Positions 1-9,812 of a DNA stretch of 64,000 bases are shown here, one piece after another. The position numbers and the translations under genes were made by a program. Position 1 is the stretch's first letter. The number at the start of each line of letters is the position of its first letter. The notes under the pieces were generated by a model that saw nothing but the letters and a program-made list of their open reading frames with translations, was not told the origin of the DNA and made no database searches. The stretch comes from an uncultured Macellibacteroides sp. (lineage in GTDB: Bacteria > Bacteroidota > Bacteroidia > Bacteroidales > Tannerellaceae): NCBI GenBank assembly GCA_963667135.1, contig OY762974.1, positions 3,545,054-3,609,053 of the forward strand, in the 5' to 3' direction.

Positions 1-323
1 CAAATCTTGACGAGTTTCCTCAGTTTATAAATGTTTTGTTTGGCGATATGTCTGTTGTAGGACCTCGCCCTCATATGCTTAAACACACAGAGCTATATTC
101 TTTCTTAATAGATAAATATATGGTCCGCCATTTAGTTAAGCCGGGAGTTACCGGATGGGCTCAGGTAACTGGTTATCGTGGAGAGACAAAAACGCTGGAA
201 CAAATGGAAGGTCGCGTTAAAAGGGATGTTTGGTATTTAGAAAATTGGAGTTTCTTCCTTGATCTGAAAATTATTGTGTTAACATTAGTCAATATGTTCA
301 AAGGCGAAAAAAATGCTTTCTGA
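1..323 (+). CDS. bacterial sugar transferase (undecaprenyl-phosphate hexose-1-phosphate priming transferase family), C-terminal part; 5' end lies outside the window
   Basis: The frame stays open to base 1 (..NLDEFPQFINVLFGDMSVVGPRPH..KRDVWYLENWSFFLDLKII..). This is the conserved C-terminal block of WbaP/EpsL-type transferases. Confidence 0.85.
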   Translation, partial: NLDEFPQFINVLFGDMSVVGPRPHMLKHTELYSFLIDKYMVRHLVKPGVTGWAQVTGYRGETKTLEQMEGRVKRDVWYLENWSFFLDLKIIVLTLVNMFKGEKNAF

Positions 324-377
324 GGCATCTGCTGCACACTTTTTGTGGTTTTGTGTAACTGCTATTCAATTTTGTTT

Positions 378-385
378 TATCTTTG
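378..385 (+). promoter_or_regulatory. Bacteroidota -7 promoter box (ruvX)
   Basis: TATCTTTG matches TAnnTTTG. It ends 6 nt before the ATG at 392. Confidence 0.45.
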
Positions 386-391
386 CACCCG

Positions 392-820
392 ATGGGAAGA
401 ATTCTAGCTATAGATTATGGAAGAAAGCGAAGCGGGCTTGCGGTAACTGATACGTTGCAACTCATTGCAACAGGTCTTACTACTGTACCCAGTGGTGATT
501 TAGTTAAATTTCTTTTCGATTATGTTTCTCGTGAGCCGGTGGATATCTTTGTTGTGGGATTACCTAAGCAGATGAATAATGAACTCTCAGAAAATATGAA
601 GTATATTGATGCTTTTGTTAAGCATCTGAAAAGGACGATACCCGATATTCCAGTTATATTCGTGGACGAACGATTTACTTCTGTTTTAGCGCACAGAGCC
701 ATGTTAGAAGGCGGACTCAAAAAGAAAAAAAGGCAAGATAAAGAACTTGTTGATGAAATAAGTGCAGTTATTATCCTGCAAAGTTATTTAGAAAGTAATA
801 AATATCAGTTTAAATTATGA
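392..820 (+). CDS. ruvX: Holliday junction resolvase-like protein RuvX/YqgF
   Basis: N-terminal [17 protein letters not shown] motif and ~140 aa size. The ATG at 392 is preferred over the TTG at 383, which lies inside the -7 promoter box. Confidence 0.85.
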   Translation: MGRILAIDYGRKRSGLAVTDTLQLIATGLTTVPSGDLVKFLFDYVSREPVDIFVVGLPKQMNNELSENMKYIDAFVKHLKRTIPDIPVIFVDERFTSVLAHRAMLEGGLKKKKRQDKELVDEISAVIILQSYLESNKYQFKL

Positions 821-1374
821 TTTTACCCGTTTATTTATACGGACAGTCGGTACTTCGTCAAAAGGCCGAAGATATTGAGAAAGATTATCCTGAAATTAAA
901 AAGCTGGTGTCAGATATGTATGATACGATGTATCATGCAGATGGAGTAGGATTAGCGGCGCCTCAGATAGGCCTGGCTATTCGCTTGTTGGTTATAGACG
1001 CAAACGTTTTGGGAGATGATTTTCCCGAATGCAATGGATTTAAGCGTACGATGATAAATCCCGATATTGTTGAACGGAGCGAAGAGGAAATAGTGTTGGA
1101 AGAAGGTTGTTTAAGTCTCCCCGGAATTAGTGAAAAAGTCTCCAGGGCAAAAGAAATCAGGGTTAAGTACTTTGATGAGAATTTTGTTGAGCATGAAGAA
1201 ACTATCGATGGTTTTGCTGCCAGAGTGGTTCAACATGAATGCGAACACCTTGAAGGAAAGGTATTTATAGATAATATATCGGCTATCCGCCGGCAATTAA
1301 ATAAAGGAAAAATCAACGGCATTCTGAAAGGAACAGTAAAATGTTCTTACAGAGCTAAAGCTATTGGTAAATAA
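817..1374 (+). CDS. def: peptide deformylase
   Basis: All three deformylase motifs are present: [18 protein letters not shown] and HECEHLEG. A 4-nt overlap with ruvX suggests translational coupling. Confidence 0.95.
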   Translation: MILPVYLYGQSVLRQKAEDIEKDYPEIKKLVSDMYDTMYHADGVGLAAPQIGLAIRLLVIDANVLGDDFPECNGFKRTMINPDIVERSEEEIVLEEGCLSLPGISEKVSRAKEIRVKYFDENFVEHEETIDGFAARVVQHECEHLEGKVFIDNISAIRRQLNKGKINGILKGTVKCSYRAKAIGK

Positions 1375-1396
1375 ATGTTTCATGTAATTTATTAAT

Positions 1397-2944
1397 ATGA
1401 CATCATTAAGTAAAAACATTCAGGACCTTCGCGAGCGTAAAGCTCTTGTTGAGATGGGTGGTGGTGAGGCTGCGATTGAAAAGCAGGTAGCTATGGGTAA
1501 GTTAACAGCCCGTGAGCGTATCATTACCTTATTGGATAAAAATTCTTTTCATGAATACGACTTGTTCGTAGACCATGATGGAAGGGATTTTGGAATGGAA
1601 AACAAAGTATTGCATGGGGATGGTGTAATTACTGGTACAGGTACAATCTTTGGTGCACCAGTATGTATTTATGCGCAAGACTTTACTGTAGCCGGAGGAT
1701 CTCTGGGACTAAAGCACGCACGTAAAATAACCAAAATTATGGACCATGCCTTGAAAATGAAGTGCCCAATCATTGGTATCAATGACTCGGGAGGTGCTCG
1801 TATTCAGGAAGGTGTTGGTGCATTGGCTGGTTATGGCGAAATCTTCTACAGAAACACAATATGCTCGGGAGTTATTCCTCAGATATCGCTTATTCTTGGA
1901 CCATGTGCCGGAGGCGCTGTGTATTCTCCAGCTCTTACTGACTTTGTTTTTGTGGTTGAAAATATCTCTAAGATGTTTATCACAGGACCAAATGTTATTA
2001 AAACCGTTTTGGGAGAAGATATTTCCATGGAAGATTTGGGCGGAGCACGTGTTCATGCCGAAATTACCGGTAATGCACATTTCTATGCTCAAAGCGAACT
2101 GGAATGTTTCGATCAGATTAAAAAGCTTGTAAGTTTTATTCCCTGGAATAATATGGAACGTGCAAAATCTATTGAAGCAAAAGAACCTTCTGCTAAATTA
2201 AATATTGAACAGGTAGTACCTTCTGATCCAAAGAAACCGTATGATGTTCGCGATGTTATTAAATGCATTGTTGATGATTCTGATTTTCTTGAGGTTCACG
2301 AGCTTTGGGCTGCCAATATTGTAATAGGCTTTGGTAGAATGGGTGGCGAAACAGTTGGTTTTGTTGCTAATCAGCCAATGGTTCTTGCCGGTGTACTTGA
2401 TTGCGACAGCTCAGATAAAGCAGCTCGTTTTATTCGTTTCTGCGATGCATTTAATATACCTATCATTACCTTGGAAGATATGCCAGGTTATCTTCCTGGC
2501 GTAGACCAGGAACATGCCGGTGTGATTCGTCATGGTGCTAAAGTTTTATATGCTTATTCGGAGGCAACTGTTCCAAAAGTAACCGTTATCTTGCGCAAAG
2601 CATATGGCGGAGGATACATTGCGATGAACTCCCGCCATTTGGGTGCAGACTTTATGTTTGCCTGGCCAAGTGCAGAAATTGCTGTAATGGGACCTGAAGG
2701 TGCTGCTAATATCATTTTCCGTAAAGAAATTATGGAAGCCGAAGATCAGGATGCAATGCGTCAGGAGAAGGTAAGAGAATACATTGAAAAGTTTGCAAAT
2801 CCATATGTTGCAGCATCAAAGGGATACATTGATTCTGTTATTGAACCAAAAGAAACACGCTCGCTTCTTCTGCATGCGTTAAAACTTTCAGCATTGAAAA
2901 GTGAAGCTCGTCCTCATAAAAAGCACGGTATTCCTCCGTTCTGA
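1397..2944 (+). CDS. acyl-CoA carboxyltransferase (methylmalonyl-CoA decarboxylase alpha / propionyl-CoA carboxylase beta / transcarboxylase 12S family)
   Basis: 515 aa. Typical carboxyltransferase blocks are present (GKLTARERI, DFTVAGGSLG, INDSGGARIQEG, GPCAGGAVYSPALTDF, ARFIRFCDAFNIPI). Confidence 0.9.
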   Translation: MTSLSKNIQDLRERKALVEMGGGEAAIEKQVAMGKLTARERIITLLDKNSFHEYDLFVDHDGRDFGMENKVLHGDGVITGTGTIFGAPVCIYAQDFTVAGGSLGLKHARKITKIMDHALKMKCPIIGINDSGGARIQEGVGALAGYGEIFYRNTICSGVIPQISLILGPCAGGAVYSPALTDFVFVVENISKMFITGPNVIKTVLGEDISMEDLGGARVHAEITGNAHFYAQSELECFDQIKKLVSFIPWNNMERAKSIEAKEPSAKLNIEQVVPSDPKKPYDVRDVIKCIVDDSDFLEVHELWAANIVIGFGRMGGETVGFVANQPMVLAGVLDCDSSDKAARFIRFCDAFNIPIITLEDMPGYLPGVDQEHAGVIRHGAKVLYAYSEATVPKVTVILRKAYGGGYIAMNSRHLGADFMFAWPSAEIAVMGPEGAANIIFRKEIMEAEDQDAMRQEKVREYIEKFANPYVAASKGYIDSVIEPKETRSLLLHALKLSALKSEARPHKKHGIPPF

Positions 2945-2950
2945 TCATAT

Positions 2951-2995
2951 TTAATAAGAGCCGGCAGTTGTTCGGCTCTTATTAAGATTTTTCTT
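2951..2995 (+). terminator. intrinsic terminator-like hairpin after the carboxyltransferase gene
   Basis: Perfect 13-bp stem TTAATAAGAGCCG/CGGCTCTTATTAA (2951-2963 / 2973-2985), followed by GATTTTTCTTTC. Confidence 0.6.
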
Positions 2996-3013
2996 TCATA
3001 AAATTGAATAAAA

Positions 3014-3334
3014 ATGGACAAGAATGAATATGTAGATTTTGTAGTTACCGCGCGTAAATACAAAACATTGCTTACAAAGAAATATTTAGCTCGGGAAGTG
3101 TGGAAAAAACCTTTTCCGGGTGATGTGTTTTCTGTCCTTCCAGGTACCATTATTCGTCTGGATGTTAAAGAGGGGCAAGAGGTTAAAGAAGGAGAACTGC
3201 TTCTTATTCATGAAGCGATGAAAATGCAAAACAGAATAGTAGCTCCGGTTACTGGTGTGATCACAGATGTGTGTGTCAACGAAGGAGATAAAATAAGTAA
3301 AAATCATTTGATGGTAAAAATAGAACCAAAGTGA
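3014..3334 (+). CDS. small biotin carboxyl carrier protein (biotinyl/lipoyl domain)
   Basis: 106 aa with the biotinylation motif EAMKM inside a biotinyl-domain-like C-terminus (LLLIHEAMKMQNRIVAPVTGVI). Confidence 0.85.
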   Translation: MDKNEYVDFVVTARKYKTLLTKKYLAREVWKKPFPGDVFSVLPGTIIRLDVKEGQEVKEGELLLIHEAMKMQNRIVAPVTGVITDVCVNEGDKISKNHLMVKIEPK

Positions 3335-3345
3335 GATAATTTACT

Positions 3346-3353
3346 TATTTTTG
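3346..3353 (+). promoter_or_regulatory. Bacteroidota -7 promoter box (TPR gene)
   Basis: TATTTTTG, 25 nt before the ATG at 3379. Confidence 0.4.
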
Positions 3354-3378
3354 CCTCTCAAACTGATGTAAAATAAGG

Positions 3379-5499
3379 ATGAAGAAGGCAATACTATTTT
3401 TTCTGATACAAATATGTTCACTTTCGCTAGTCGCTCAGATAAATACTGACAGAGTACTGGCAATAGGACGAAATGCTTTATATTTTGAAGACTACGTTCT
3501 TTCAATACAATATTTCAATCAGGTAATCAAGTCAAAGCCATGGTTGGCAGAACCTTATTTTTACCGGGCGATTGCGAAAGTGAACTTAGATGATTTTAAA
3601 GGGGCCGAAGAAGACTGTACTTTATGTCTTGAGCGGAACCCTTTTTTAGTTCAGGCATACTATTGCCGGGGGATAGCCAGACAGAGTCAGGATAATTATC
3701 ATGGAGCTTTATCTGACTATAACAAAGGGCTGGAGTTTAAGCCGGAAGATAGGCAAATGCTTGTCAATAAAGCGGTCGCAAACATTCAGATGAGAGATTT
3801 TAAGTCGGCCGAATCTGTATTTGACAAATTAATGGTTCTTTTTCCTAAATATACAGTAAATTACCTCACCAGAGGAGCAATGTATCTCGAAAAAGGAGAT
3901 TCAATCAAAGCCCTTAACGATTACAACAAAGCTGTAGAGCTTGATCCTTATTATTCGCAAGCCTATGGAAACAGGGCATTGCTTCATTATCAAATGAATA
4001 ATATGCAGAAAGCTTTGGATGACCTAAATGAAGCCATCCATTTAGATACCCGTGAAAGTGGTTATTACATTAATCGAGGCCTGGTAAAATATCAACTAAA
4101 CGATTTAAGAGGGGCTATGACTGATTATGATCAGGTTATCTGGATGGATAATCAAAATCTGATTGCCCGGTTTAACAGAGGATTACTTCGCTTTCAGGTT
4201 GGAGACAATAACAGGGCTATCGAGGATTTCGACGTTGTGATTGATATTGAACCAGACAACTATATGGCTTATTACAACAGAGCGTTGTTGAAATCGGAAA
4301 CAGGAAACTTTAGAGGAGCTATTTCGGATTTCAATGTTGTACTTAAACAGTATCCAAATTTTTTGCCAGCGTATTATAGCCGTTCGGAGGTTAAACGAAA
4401 AATTAAAGATGAAAAAGGGGCGGACAGGGACTATTGGACTGCCTTTGAACTCGAACAAAAATTAAAAAAAGAAAAAGCTAAGGGTGTAGTAGCCAGCAAG
4501 AATTCTTCTGGTAAAGATGATTCAAGCGATGCAAAAGATGATCAGAATGGTGAAAACACTCGTGAGAAATCTGATAAAAATATCAATAAATTCAATCGTC
4601 TTGTAGTTTATGACAAAGATGAAGAACGTAAAAGTAAATACCAGAGTGAGGTACGGGGACGTGTTCAGGACAAGCATGTTCGTGTAGATTTAGAGCCTCA
4701 GTTTGTTCTGACCTATTACGAAAAAGCAGAACAGGTTAAAAAAATAGTTTACTACGACAAGATGGTCGAGGCATTTAATGCCCGTATGGTTTTGCCCAGA
4801 AAACTACTGGTTACAAACGAAGAAGCAGCTCTTACCGAAGAGCAGATAGCCATGCACTTTACGTCCATTGATGAGTATTCGGCTAAAATAGCTAATAATC
4901 CTTCTTCGATTAATGCTTACTTTGCCCGGGCTATCGATTATATGCTTGTGCAGGATTTTGCCGAAGCGATAGAGGACTTTGATAGAGTAATTCAACTTGA
5001 TTCGGATTACGCTATGGCCTATTTCAACAGAGCGGTTGTTCGGTACAAACGACTTGAATATGATTTGTCGCAAACTGATTCTCAACAAGGAGAACCCGCA
5101 GATAATAGTATTAGCTTAAGTACTGCCAGCAAACAACAAAATCTGGTAACGCCTTCGGCCGATGCCGCAACATTAAAGCTGAAAGATAATAAGCGTGCTT
5201 ACGAACATGAGTTAATCGTGCGCGATTTCGATAAAGTTATTCAGCTAAATCCCGGATTTGTGTATGCTTATTTTAATAGAGGTAATTTACGTTGTGTTCA
5301 GCGCGATTACAGGGCTGCAATAGAGGATTATAATGAGGCAATCCAGCGTGATCCTGAATTTGCTGAAGCTTACTTTAACAGAGGGCTTACCCGATTGTCT
5401 TTGGGTGACACAGACCGCGGTATTGCCGACTTAAGTAAGGCTGGCGAATTAGGAATTATTAATTCTTACAGTATCATTAAGCGAATGACAAGCAACTAA
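3379..5499 (+). CDS. secreted tetratricopeptide-repeat (TPR) protein
   Basis: N-terminal signal peptide (MKKAILFFLIQICSLSLVAQ). Many 34-aa TPR-like units (..AYYNRA.., ..AYFNRG..). The middle is a K/E/D-rich low-complexity stretch. Confidence 0.8.
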   Translation: MKKAILFFLIQICSLSLVAQINTDRVLAIGRNALYFEDYVLSIQYFNQVIKSKPWLAEPYFYRAIAKVNLDDFKGAEEDCTLCLERNPFLVQAYYCRGIARQSQDNYHGALSDYNKGLEFKPEDRQMLVNKAVANIQMRDFKSAESVFDKLMVLFPKYTVNYLTRGAMYLEKGDSIKALNDYNKAVELDPYYSQAYGNRALLHYQMNNMQKALDDLNEAIHLDTRESGYYINRGLVKYQLNDLRGAMTDYDQVIWMDNQNLIARFNRGLLRFQVGDNNRAIEDFDVVIDIEPDNYMAYYNRALLKSETGNFRGAISDFNVVLKQYPNFLPAYYSRSEVKRKIKDEKGADRDYWTAFELEQKLKKEKAKGVVASKNSSGKDDSSDAKDDQNGENTREKSDKNINKFNRLVVYDKDEERKSKYQSEVRGRVQDKHVRVDLEPQFVLTYYEKAEQVKKIVYYDKMVEAFNARMVLPRKLLVTNEEAALTEEQIAMHFTSIDEYSAKIANNPSSINAYFARAIDYMLVQDFAEAIEDFDRVIQLDSDYAMAYFNRAVVRYKRLEYDLSQTDSQQGEPADNSISLSTASKQQNLVTPSADAATLKLKDNKRAYEHELIVRDFDKVIQLNPGFVYAYFNRGNLRCVQRDYRAAIEDYNEAIQRDPEFAEAYFNRGLTRLSLGDTDRGIADLSKAGELGIINSYSIIKRMTSN

Positions 5500-5598
5500 T
5501 TAACCGGAAAGGGTTAGTTAGGAAGCCAATATCCTCTTAATATTGAATAGAAAGATTGAAGATTTTAGACAAATAGTTAATAATTAAAAAAAGAATGC

Positions 5599-5606
5599 TA
5601 ACTTTG
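5599..5606 (+). promoter_or_regulatory. Bacteroidota -7 promoter box (thrS operon)
   Basis: TAACTTTG, 17 nt before the ATG at 5624. Confidence 0.5.
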
Positions 5607-5623
5607 CATCCTAGTTTTAGAAA

Positions 5624-7597
5624 ATGAATGTGCAGAATATGATAAAAATTACATTTCCGGATGATTCCGTTAGAGAATATGCTGAAGGAACTACTGCGAT
5701 GCAAATTGCAGAAAGCATCAGTTCCCGTTTAGCACAGGATGTGTTGGCTGCAAGTGTAAATGGTGAAATCTGGGATTTGACAAGACCCATTTCAGCAGAT
5801 TCGGCAGTGAAATTATTTAAGTGGGATGATGAAGAAGGAAAGCATGCTTTCTGGCATTCGAGTGCCCATCTTATGGCCGAAGCATTGCAAGAACTATTTC
5901 CTGGTATTAAGTTTGGTATTGGCCCGGCTATTGAAAGTGGATTCTATTATGATGTAGATCCGGGAGAAACTCCAATTAAGGACAGTGATTTTCCTTTGAT
6001 AGAGGCTAAAATGGCCGAATTGGTTGCCCGTAAGGAAAGCATCGTACGTCAGAACATTACAAAAGACGAAGCTCTTAAAATGTTTGGAGATAGAGGCGAG
6101 TTGTATAAAACGGAACTAATCAGCGAGTTGGCTGAAGGAACCATTACAACATACAGTCAGGGCGATTTCACAGATTTGTGCCGTGGCCCGCATTTGCCTA
6201 ATACTTCGTACATTAAAGCAATAAAGATATTAAGTGTAGCTGGTGCTTATTGGAGAGGCGACGAAAAACGTAAACAATTAGTGCGTTTATACGGTATTAC
6301 TTTCCCTAAAAAGAAGATGCTTGATGAACATTTGGCATTACTTGAAGAGGCAAAAAAGCGTGATCACCGTAAATTAGGAAAAGAACTTGAATTATTTACA
6401 TTCTCGCAGGCTGTTGGTCAGGGATTGCCTTTATGGTTGCCTCGTGGTACACAGCTGCGTATGTGCCTGGAAGATTTTCTAAAGCGTATTCAAAAACGTT
6501 ATGGATATCAACAAGTAATTACTCCGCATATCGGACAAAAAGAATTATATGTTACATCAGGCCATTACGCTAAGTATGGTAAAGATTCGTTTCAACCTAT
6601 TCATACACCTCAAGAGGGAGAAGAGTTCTTGCTTAAACCAATGAACTGTCCTCACCATTGCGAAATCTACAAGGCATTTCCTCGTTCTTATAAAGATCTG
6701 CCTTTGCGCTTTGCGGAATTTGGAACGGTTTACCGTTACGAACAAAGTGGAGAGTTGCATGGTTTAACGAGAGTAAGAGGCTTTACTCAGGATGATGCCC
6801 ACCTGTTCTGTCGTCCGGATCAGTTGAAAGATGAGTTTTTGAAGGTAATGGATATTATCTTCATTATATTCAAGGCGTTGGATTTCGAAAACTTTGAAGC
6901 TCAGATATCTTTGCGTGATCCTAACAACAAAGAAAAATACATCGGATCTGACGAGAATTGGGATAAAGCGGAACGAGCAATCGTTGAAGCTTGTCAGGAA
7001 AAGGGATTAAAAGCTAAAGTTGAATTAGGTGAAGCTGCTTTCTATGGTCCAAAACTGGATTTCATGGTGAAGGATGCTATCGGCCGCCGTTGGCAGCTTG
7101 GAACTATTCAGGTCGATTATAATTTGCCTGAACGTTTTGAACTCGAATATGCAGGAGACGATAACAAAAAGCATCGTCCTGTAATGATACACCGTGCACC
7201 ATTTGGCTCTATGGAGCGTTTTGTTGCAGTGCTGATAGAACATACAGGAGGTAAATTCCCGTTATGGCTTACACCCGATCAGGTGGTGATTATGCCAATC
7301 AGCGAGAAATTTAATGAGTACGCTCACCAGGTAGCTGAAACGTTGAATGATCAAAACATACGGGTGCTTGTTGATGACCGAAATGAGAAAATTGGCCGTA
7401 AGATTCGTGATAATGAACTGAAACGTATCCCATATATGCTTATTGTGGGAGAAAAAGAAGCAGAAAATAATGAAGTTTCTGTAAGAAAACAGGGTGAAGG
7501 TGATAAAGGTTCGATGAATATTACTACCTTTGCATCGCTTTTGAACGCTGAAGTGGAAGAAATGATGAATCACTGGCAAAAAAAGGAAGATAAATAA
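5624..7597 (+). CDS. thrS: threonine--tRNA ligase
   Basis: TGS-like N-terminus ([13 protein letters not shown]). Class II core motifs are present ([32 protein letters not shown]). An alternative in-frame ATG lies at 5639. Confidence 0.95.
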   Translation: MNVQNMIKITFPDDSVREYAEGTTAMQIAESISSRLAQDVLAASVNGEIWDLTRPISADSAVKLFKWDDEEGKHAFWHSSAHLMAEALQELFPGIKFGIGPAIESGFYYDVDPGETPIKDSDFPLIEAKMAELVARKESIVRQNITKDEALKMFGDRGELYKTELISELAEGTITTYSQGDFTDLCRGPHLPNTSYIKAIKILSVAGAYWRGDEKRKQLVRLYGITFPKKKMLDEHLALLEEAKKRDHRKLGKELELFTFSQAVGQGLPLWLPRGTQLRMCLEDFLKRIQKRYGYQQVITPHIGQKELYVTSGHYAKYGKDSFQPIHTPQEGEEFLLKPMNCPHHCEIYKAFPRSYKDLPLRFAEFGTVYRYEQSGELHGLTRVRGFTQDDAHLFCRPDQLKDEFLKVMDIIFIIFKALDFENFEAQISLRDPNNKEKYIGSDENWDKAERAIVEACQEKGLKAKVELGEAAFYGPKLDFMVKDAIGRRWQLGTIQVDYNLPERFELEYAGDDNKKHRPVMIHRAPFGSMERFVAVLIEHTGGKFPLWLTPDQVVIMPISEKFNEYAHQVAETLNDQNIRVLVDDRNEKIGRKIRDNELKRIPYMLIVGEKEAENNEVSVRKQGEGDKGSMNITTFASLLNAEVEEMMNHWQKKEDK

Positions 7598-7626
7598 CTA
7601 ATAAGGAGGAGAATAAATCTTTTTGA

Positions 7627-8262
7627 ATGAAGAATGACAATCTGAAAGAACAGTATAGAATTAACGAACGTATCCGTGTACGTGAGGTTCGTTTAGTTGG
7701 TGATAATGTAGAACAAGGAGTATTTCCAACAGCACAGGCTTTGCGCATTGCAGAAGATTTGGGACTTGATCTAGTTGAAATTTCACCTAATGCTGCCCCC
7801 CCTGTTTGTAAGGTAACTGATTATCAGAAATTTCTCTATCAACAAAAAAAGCGTCAAAAGGAACAGAAGGCTAAATCTGTTAAAGTTGTAGTGAAGGAGA
7901 TTCGTTTCGGTCCGCAAACAGATGATCACGATTACGATTTTAAATTGAAACATGCCAAGGGTTTCCTTGAAGAAGGTGCAAAAGTAAAAGCTTATGTATT
8001 CTTTAAGGGAAGATCTATCCTTTTTAAGGAACAAGGAGAAGTATTACTTCTTCGGTTTGCAAATGATTTGGAAGATTATGGTAAAGTTGAGCAATTGCCG
8101 GTTTTGGAAGGAAAGCGTATGATTATTATGCTTACGCCTAAAAAAGCAGCCGCTGCATCTCAACCACAACGTCCACCTCAGGCTTCGTCTGCACCGGTTA
8201 AAAAGGTGATAGTAACACCTAAGCCAAAACCTGTTTCTGACGAAAGTGAAAATGAAGAATAA
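7627..8262 (+). CDS. infC: translation initiation factor IF-3, with a P/K/A-rich C-terminal tail
   Basis: [16 protein letters not shown].. N-domain and [18 protein letters not shown]-domain. The gene sits in the conserved thrS-infC-rpmI-rplT order. Confidence 0.95.
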   Translation: MKNDNLKEQYRINERIRVREVRLVGDNVEQGVFPTAQALRIAEDLGLDLVEISPNAAPPVCKVTDYQKFLYQQKKRQKEQKAKSVKVVVKEIRFGPQTDDHDYDFKLKHAKGFLEEGAKVKAYVFFKGRSILFKEQGEVLLLRFANDLEDYGKVEQLPVLEGKRMIIMLTPKKAAAASQPQRPPQASSAPVKKVIVTPKPKPVSDESENEE

Positions 8263-8317
8263 AAAAGTGCGTTCTTAGTTGAACGTATATTAGTTAATAA
8301 TTAAAATAAATTGGAAA

Positions 8318-8515
8318 ATGCCTAAGATGAAGACTAATTCCGGTGCCAAAAAGAGGTTCGCCCTTACCGGATCAGGTAAAATCAAAAGAAAACACGCTTT
8401 TAAAAGTCACATTCTAACAAAGAAGACTACGAAGCAAAAGAGAAATCTTACTCACATTGGTCTTGTAGACAGAGTGGATGTAAGCAATGTTAAGAAGTTA
8501 CTTTGTTTGAAGTAA
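8318..8515 (+). CDS. rpmI: 50S ribosomal protein L35
   Basis: 65 aa and very basic. It starts [14 protein letters not shown] and sits between infC and rplT. Confidence 0.95.
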   Translation: MPKMKTNSGAKKRFALTGSGKIKRKHAFKSHILTKKTTKQKRNLTHIGLVDRVDVSNVKKLLCLK

Positions 8516-8617
8516 TTTTAAAATAAGCGAGTTTTAATAAGATTTTTATTAACCGAGTGTTTTAGCAAATCAAGTTCATCATTAAGATGGCGCTAACATT
8601 CAAAACAGATTAGTATT

Positions 8618-8962
8618 ATGCCTAGATCAGTAAATCATGTTGCTTCAAGAGCAAAAAGAAAAAGGATTTTAAAGCTTACCAGAGGTTATTATGGTGCAAG
8701 AAAAAACGTTTGGACCGTAGCTAAAAACACCTGGGAAAAAGGTTTGACCTATGCTTTCCGTGACCGTCGTAATAAGAAACGTAATTTCCGCGCATTGTGG
8801 ATTCAACGTATCAATGCGGCTGCACGTTTGGAAGGAATGTCTTACTCGCGTTTAATGGGAGCTTTACATGCTGCTGGAATCGAAATGAACCGTAAGGTTT
8901 TAGCCGATTTAGCTGTAAATCATCCTGAAGCTTTCAAAGCTATCGTAAATAAAGTAAAGTAG
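8618..8962 (+). CDS. rplT: 50S ribosomal protein L20
   Basis: 114 aa. Contains [29 protein letters not shown] and [14 protein letters not shown]. Confidence 0.95.
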   Translation: MPRSVNHVASRAKRKRILKLTRGYYGARKNVWTVAKNTWEKGLTYAFRDRRNKKRNFRALWIQRINAAARLEGMSYSRLMGALHAAGIEMNRKVLADLAVNHPEAFKAIVNKVK

Positions 8963-8990
8963 TCTTTATTTTAAGATAAGAGAAAATTTC

Positions 8991-9030
8991 GTGAACTAGT
9001 AGTTTAATACTACTGGTTCACGTTTTTTTT
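8991..9030 (+). terminator. rho-independent terminator of thrS-infC-rpmI-rplT
   Basis: 13-bp stem GTGAACTAGTAGT/ACTACTGGTTCAC with one G:U pair and a 5-nt loop, followed by a T8 run. Confidence 0.8.
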
Positions 9031-9440
9031 GTATATAGGTGCCATTTACTCTTTATTCTTACTGTCATTAGTCTTTAATATCTTGCAATAAACTTAACAC
9101 CCAATTGGGCGACAATAATTACCCAAATGAGTGATTATTATCATCCAATTGTAAAACGAGTTTAAGTTAGATATATCACACATTAATAACAGTGTTTTAT
9201 TGGCTTATAGCATACATGGGATGGTTAATTGCAGAAGATAAAGGATATACATGCAAGTATAAAATAAATATAGGATGGATAGGATCTGATTATAACCAGT
9301 GGCAGGAGGTAAATGAAAATGAACTCTCACTTTGCATCACTCACTTCCACATCCCTTATGTAGAAAGGAAAGTAAGACAAAAAGTGACAGATGAGATTTA
9401 AAATTAAAATAAATTTTTGTTGAGCTTAAATTTGCGGATA

Positions 9441-9475
9441 CATAAAGCGGAGATGTCTTTTTGAGACATCCCCGC
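9441..9475 (-). terminator. terminator of the candidate sRNA
   Basis: The minus-strand RNA reads GCGGGGAUGUCU-CAAAA-AGACAUCUCCGC, a 12-bp stem with one G:U pair. The same position is an A:C mismatch on the plus strand. UUUAU follows. Confidence 0.55.
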
Positions 9476-9675
9476 TGTGTTATAAAGAAAGCCGCACTGT
9501 AGATATGAACAAACTCCGGATGACATGTTTTGAGTGCTTTGTTATCTTTGTAATCCGCTGTGCGATGCATGCCCCGAAGGGTGCGGCCCGCCATCAACAA
9601 CAAGAGCGTGTCTCGGAATAAAAAAACTGATGAGTTTCCCAATCGAACAAGTGCGGCTTAGCTCATTGTCTTTTT
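9441..9675 (-). ncRNA. candidate structured small RNA (promoter-to-terminator unit; Bacteroidales-1-like, with a 6S-like RNA as the alternative)
   Basis: On the minus strand there is a -33 TTTG (9713-9710), a 20-nt spacer and a -7 TATCTTTG (9689-9682). A long-range helix pairs AAGCCGCACU (9659-9650) with AGUGCGGCUU (9498-9489) and encloses a CCC-UUCG-GGG hairpin. The unit ends in a 12-bp terminator hairpin (9475-9447) followed by UUUAU. There is no credible ORF and no downstream gene on this strand. Confidence 0.55.
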
Positions 9676-9681
9676 CTTCAA

Positions 9682-9689
9682 CAAAGATA
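9682..9689 (-). promoter_or_regulatory. Bacteroidota -7 promoter box (candidate sRNA)
   Basis: Minus-strand TATCTTTG, with a TTTG located 20 nt upstream (9713-9710). Confidence 0.5.
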
Positions 9690-9812
9690 AAGTTATTATA
9701 CTATAAAACCAAATATATTTACATAAAAACCTCTTCAATCGAGATTAAAAGTAATTAAATTACGCGGTATAAATTCTTAGTCTTTACTCGTTAAGTTTTA
9801 GTAAATAACGAA

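Noticed and set aside
9441-9675. Possibility that the structured RNA is RNase P RNA, tmRNA, SRP RNA or a cobalamin riboswitch (GCCGCACTG looked faintly like a B12 box)
   Set aside because: At ~235 nt it is too short for RNase P or tmRNA. It lacks GGAAAGUCCGG-type and ACAGAAxxCGGCUUA-type blocks, a tRNA-like 3' end and a tag ORF. It has no SRP domain IV motif. There is no downstream gene on the transcribed strand for a riboswitch to control.
9192-9758. ORFs 9192-9401 (+), 9337-9642 (-) and 9534-9758 (+) in the rplT-msrA gap
   Set aside because: They have no motifs, mutually overlap and have implausible composition. The 9337-9642 and 9534-9758 ORFs run through the promoter, helices and terminator of the candidate sRNA, which explains the region better.
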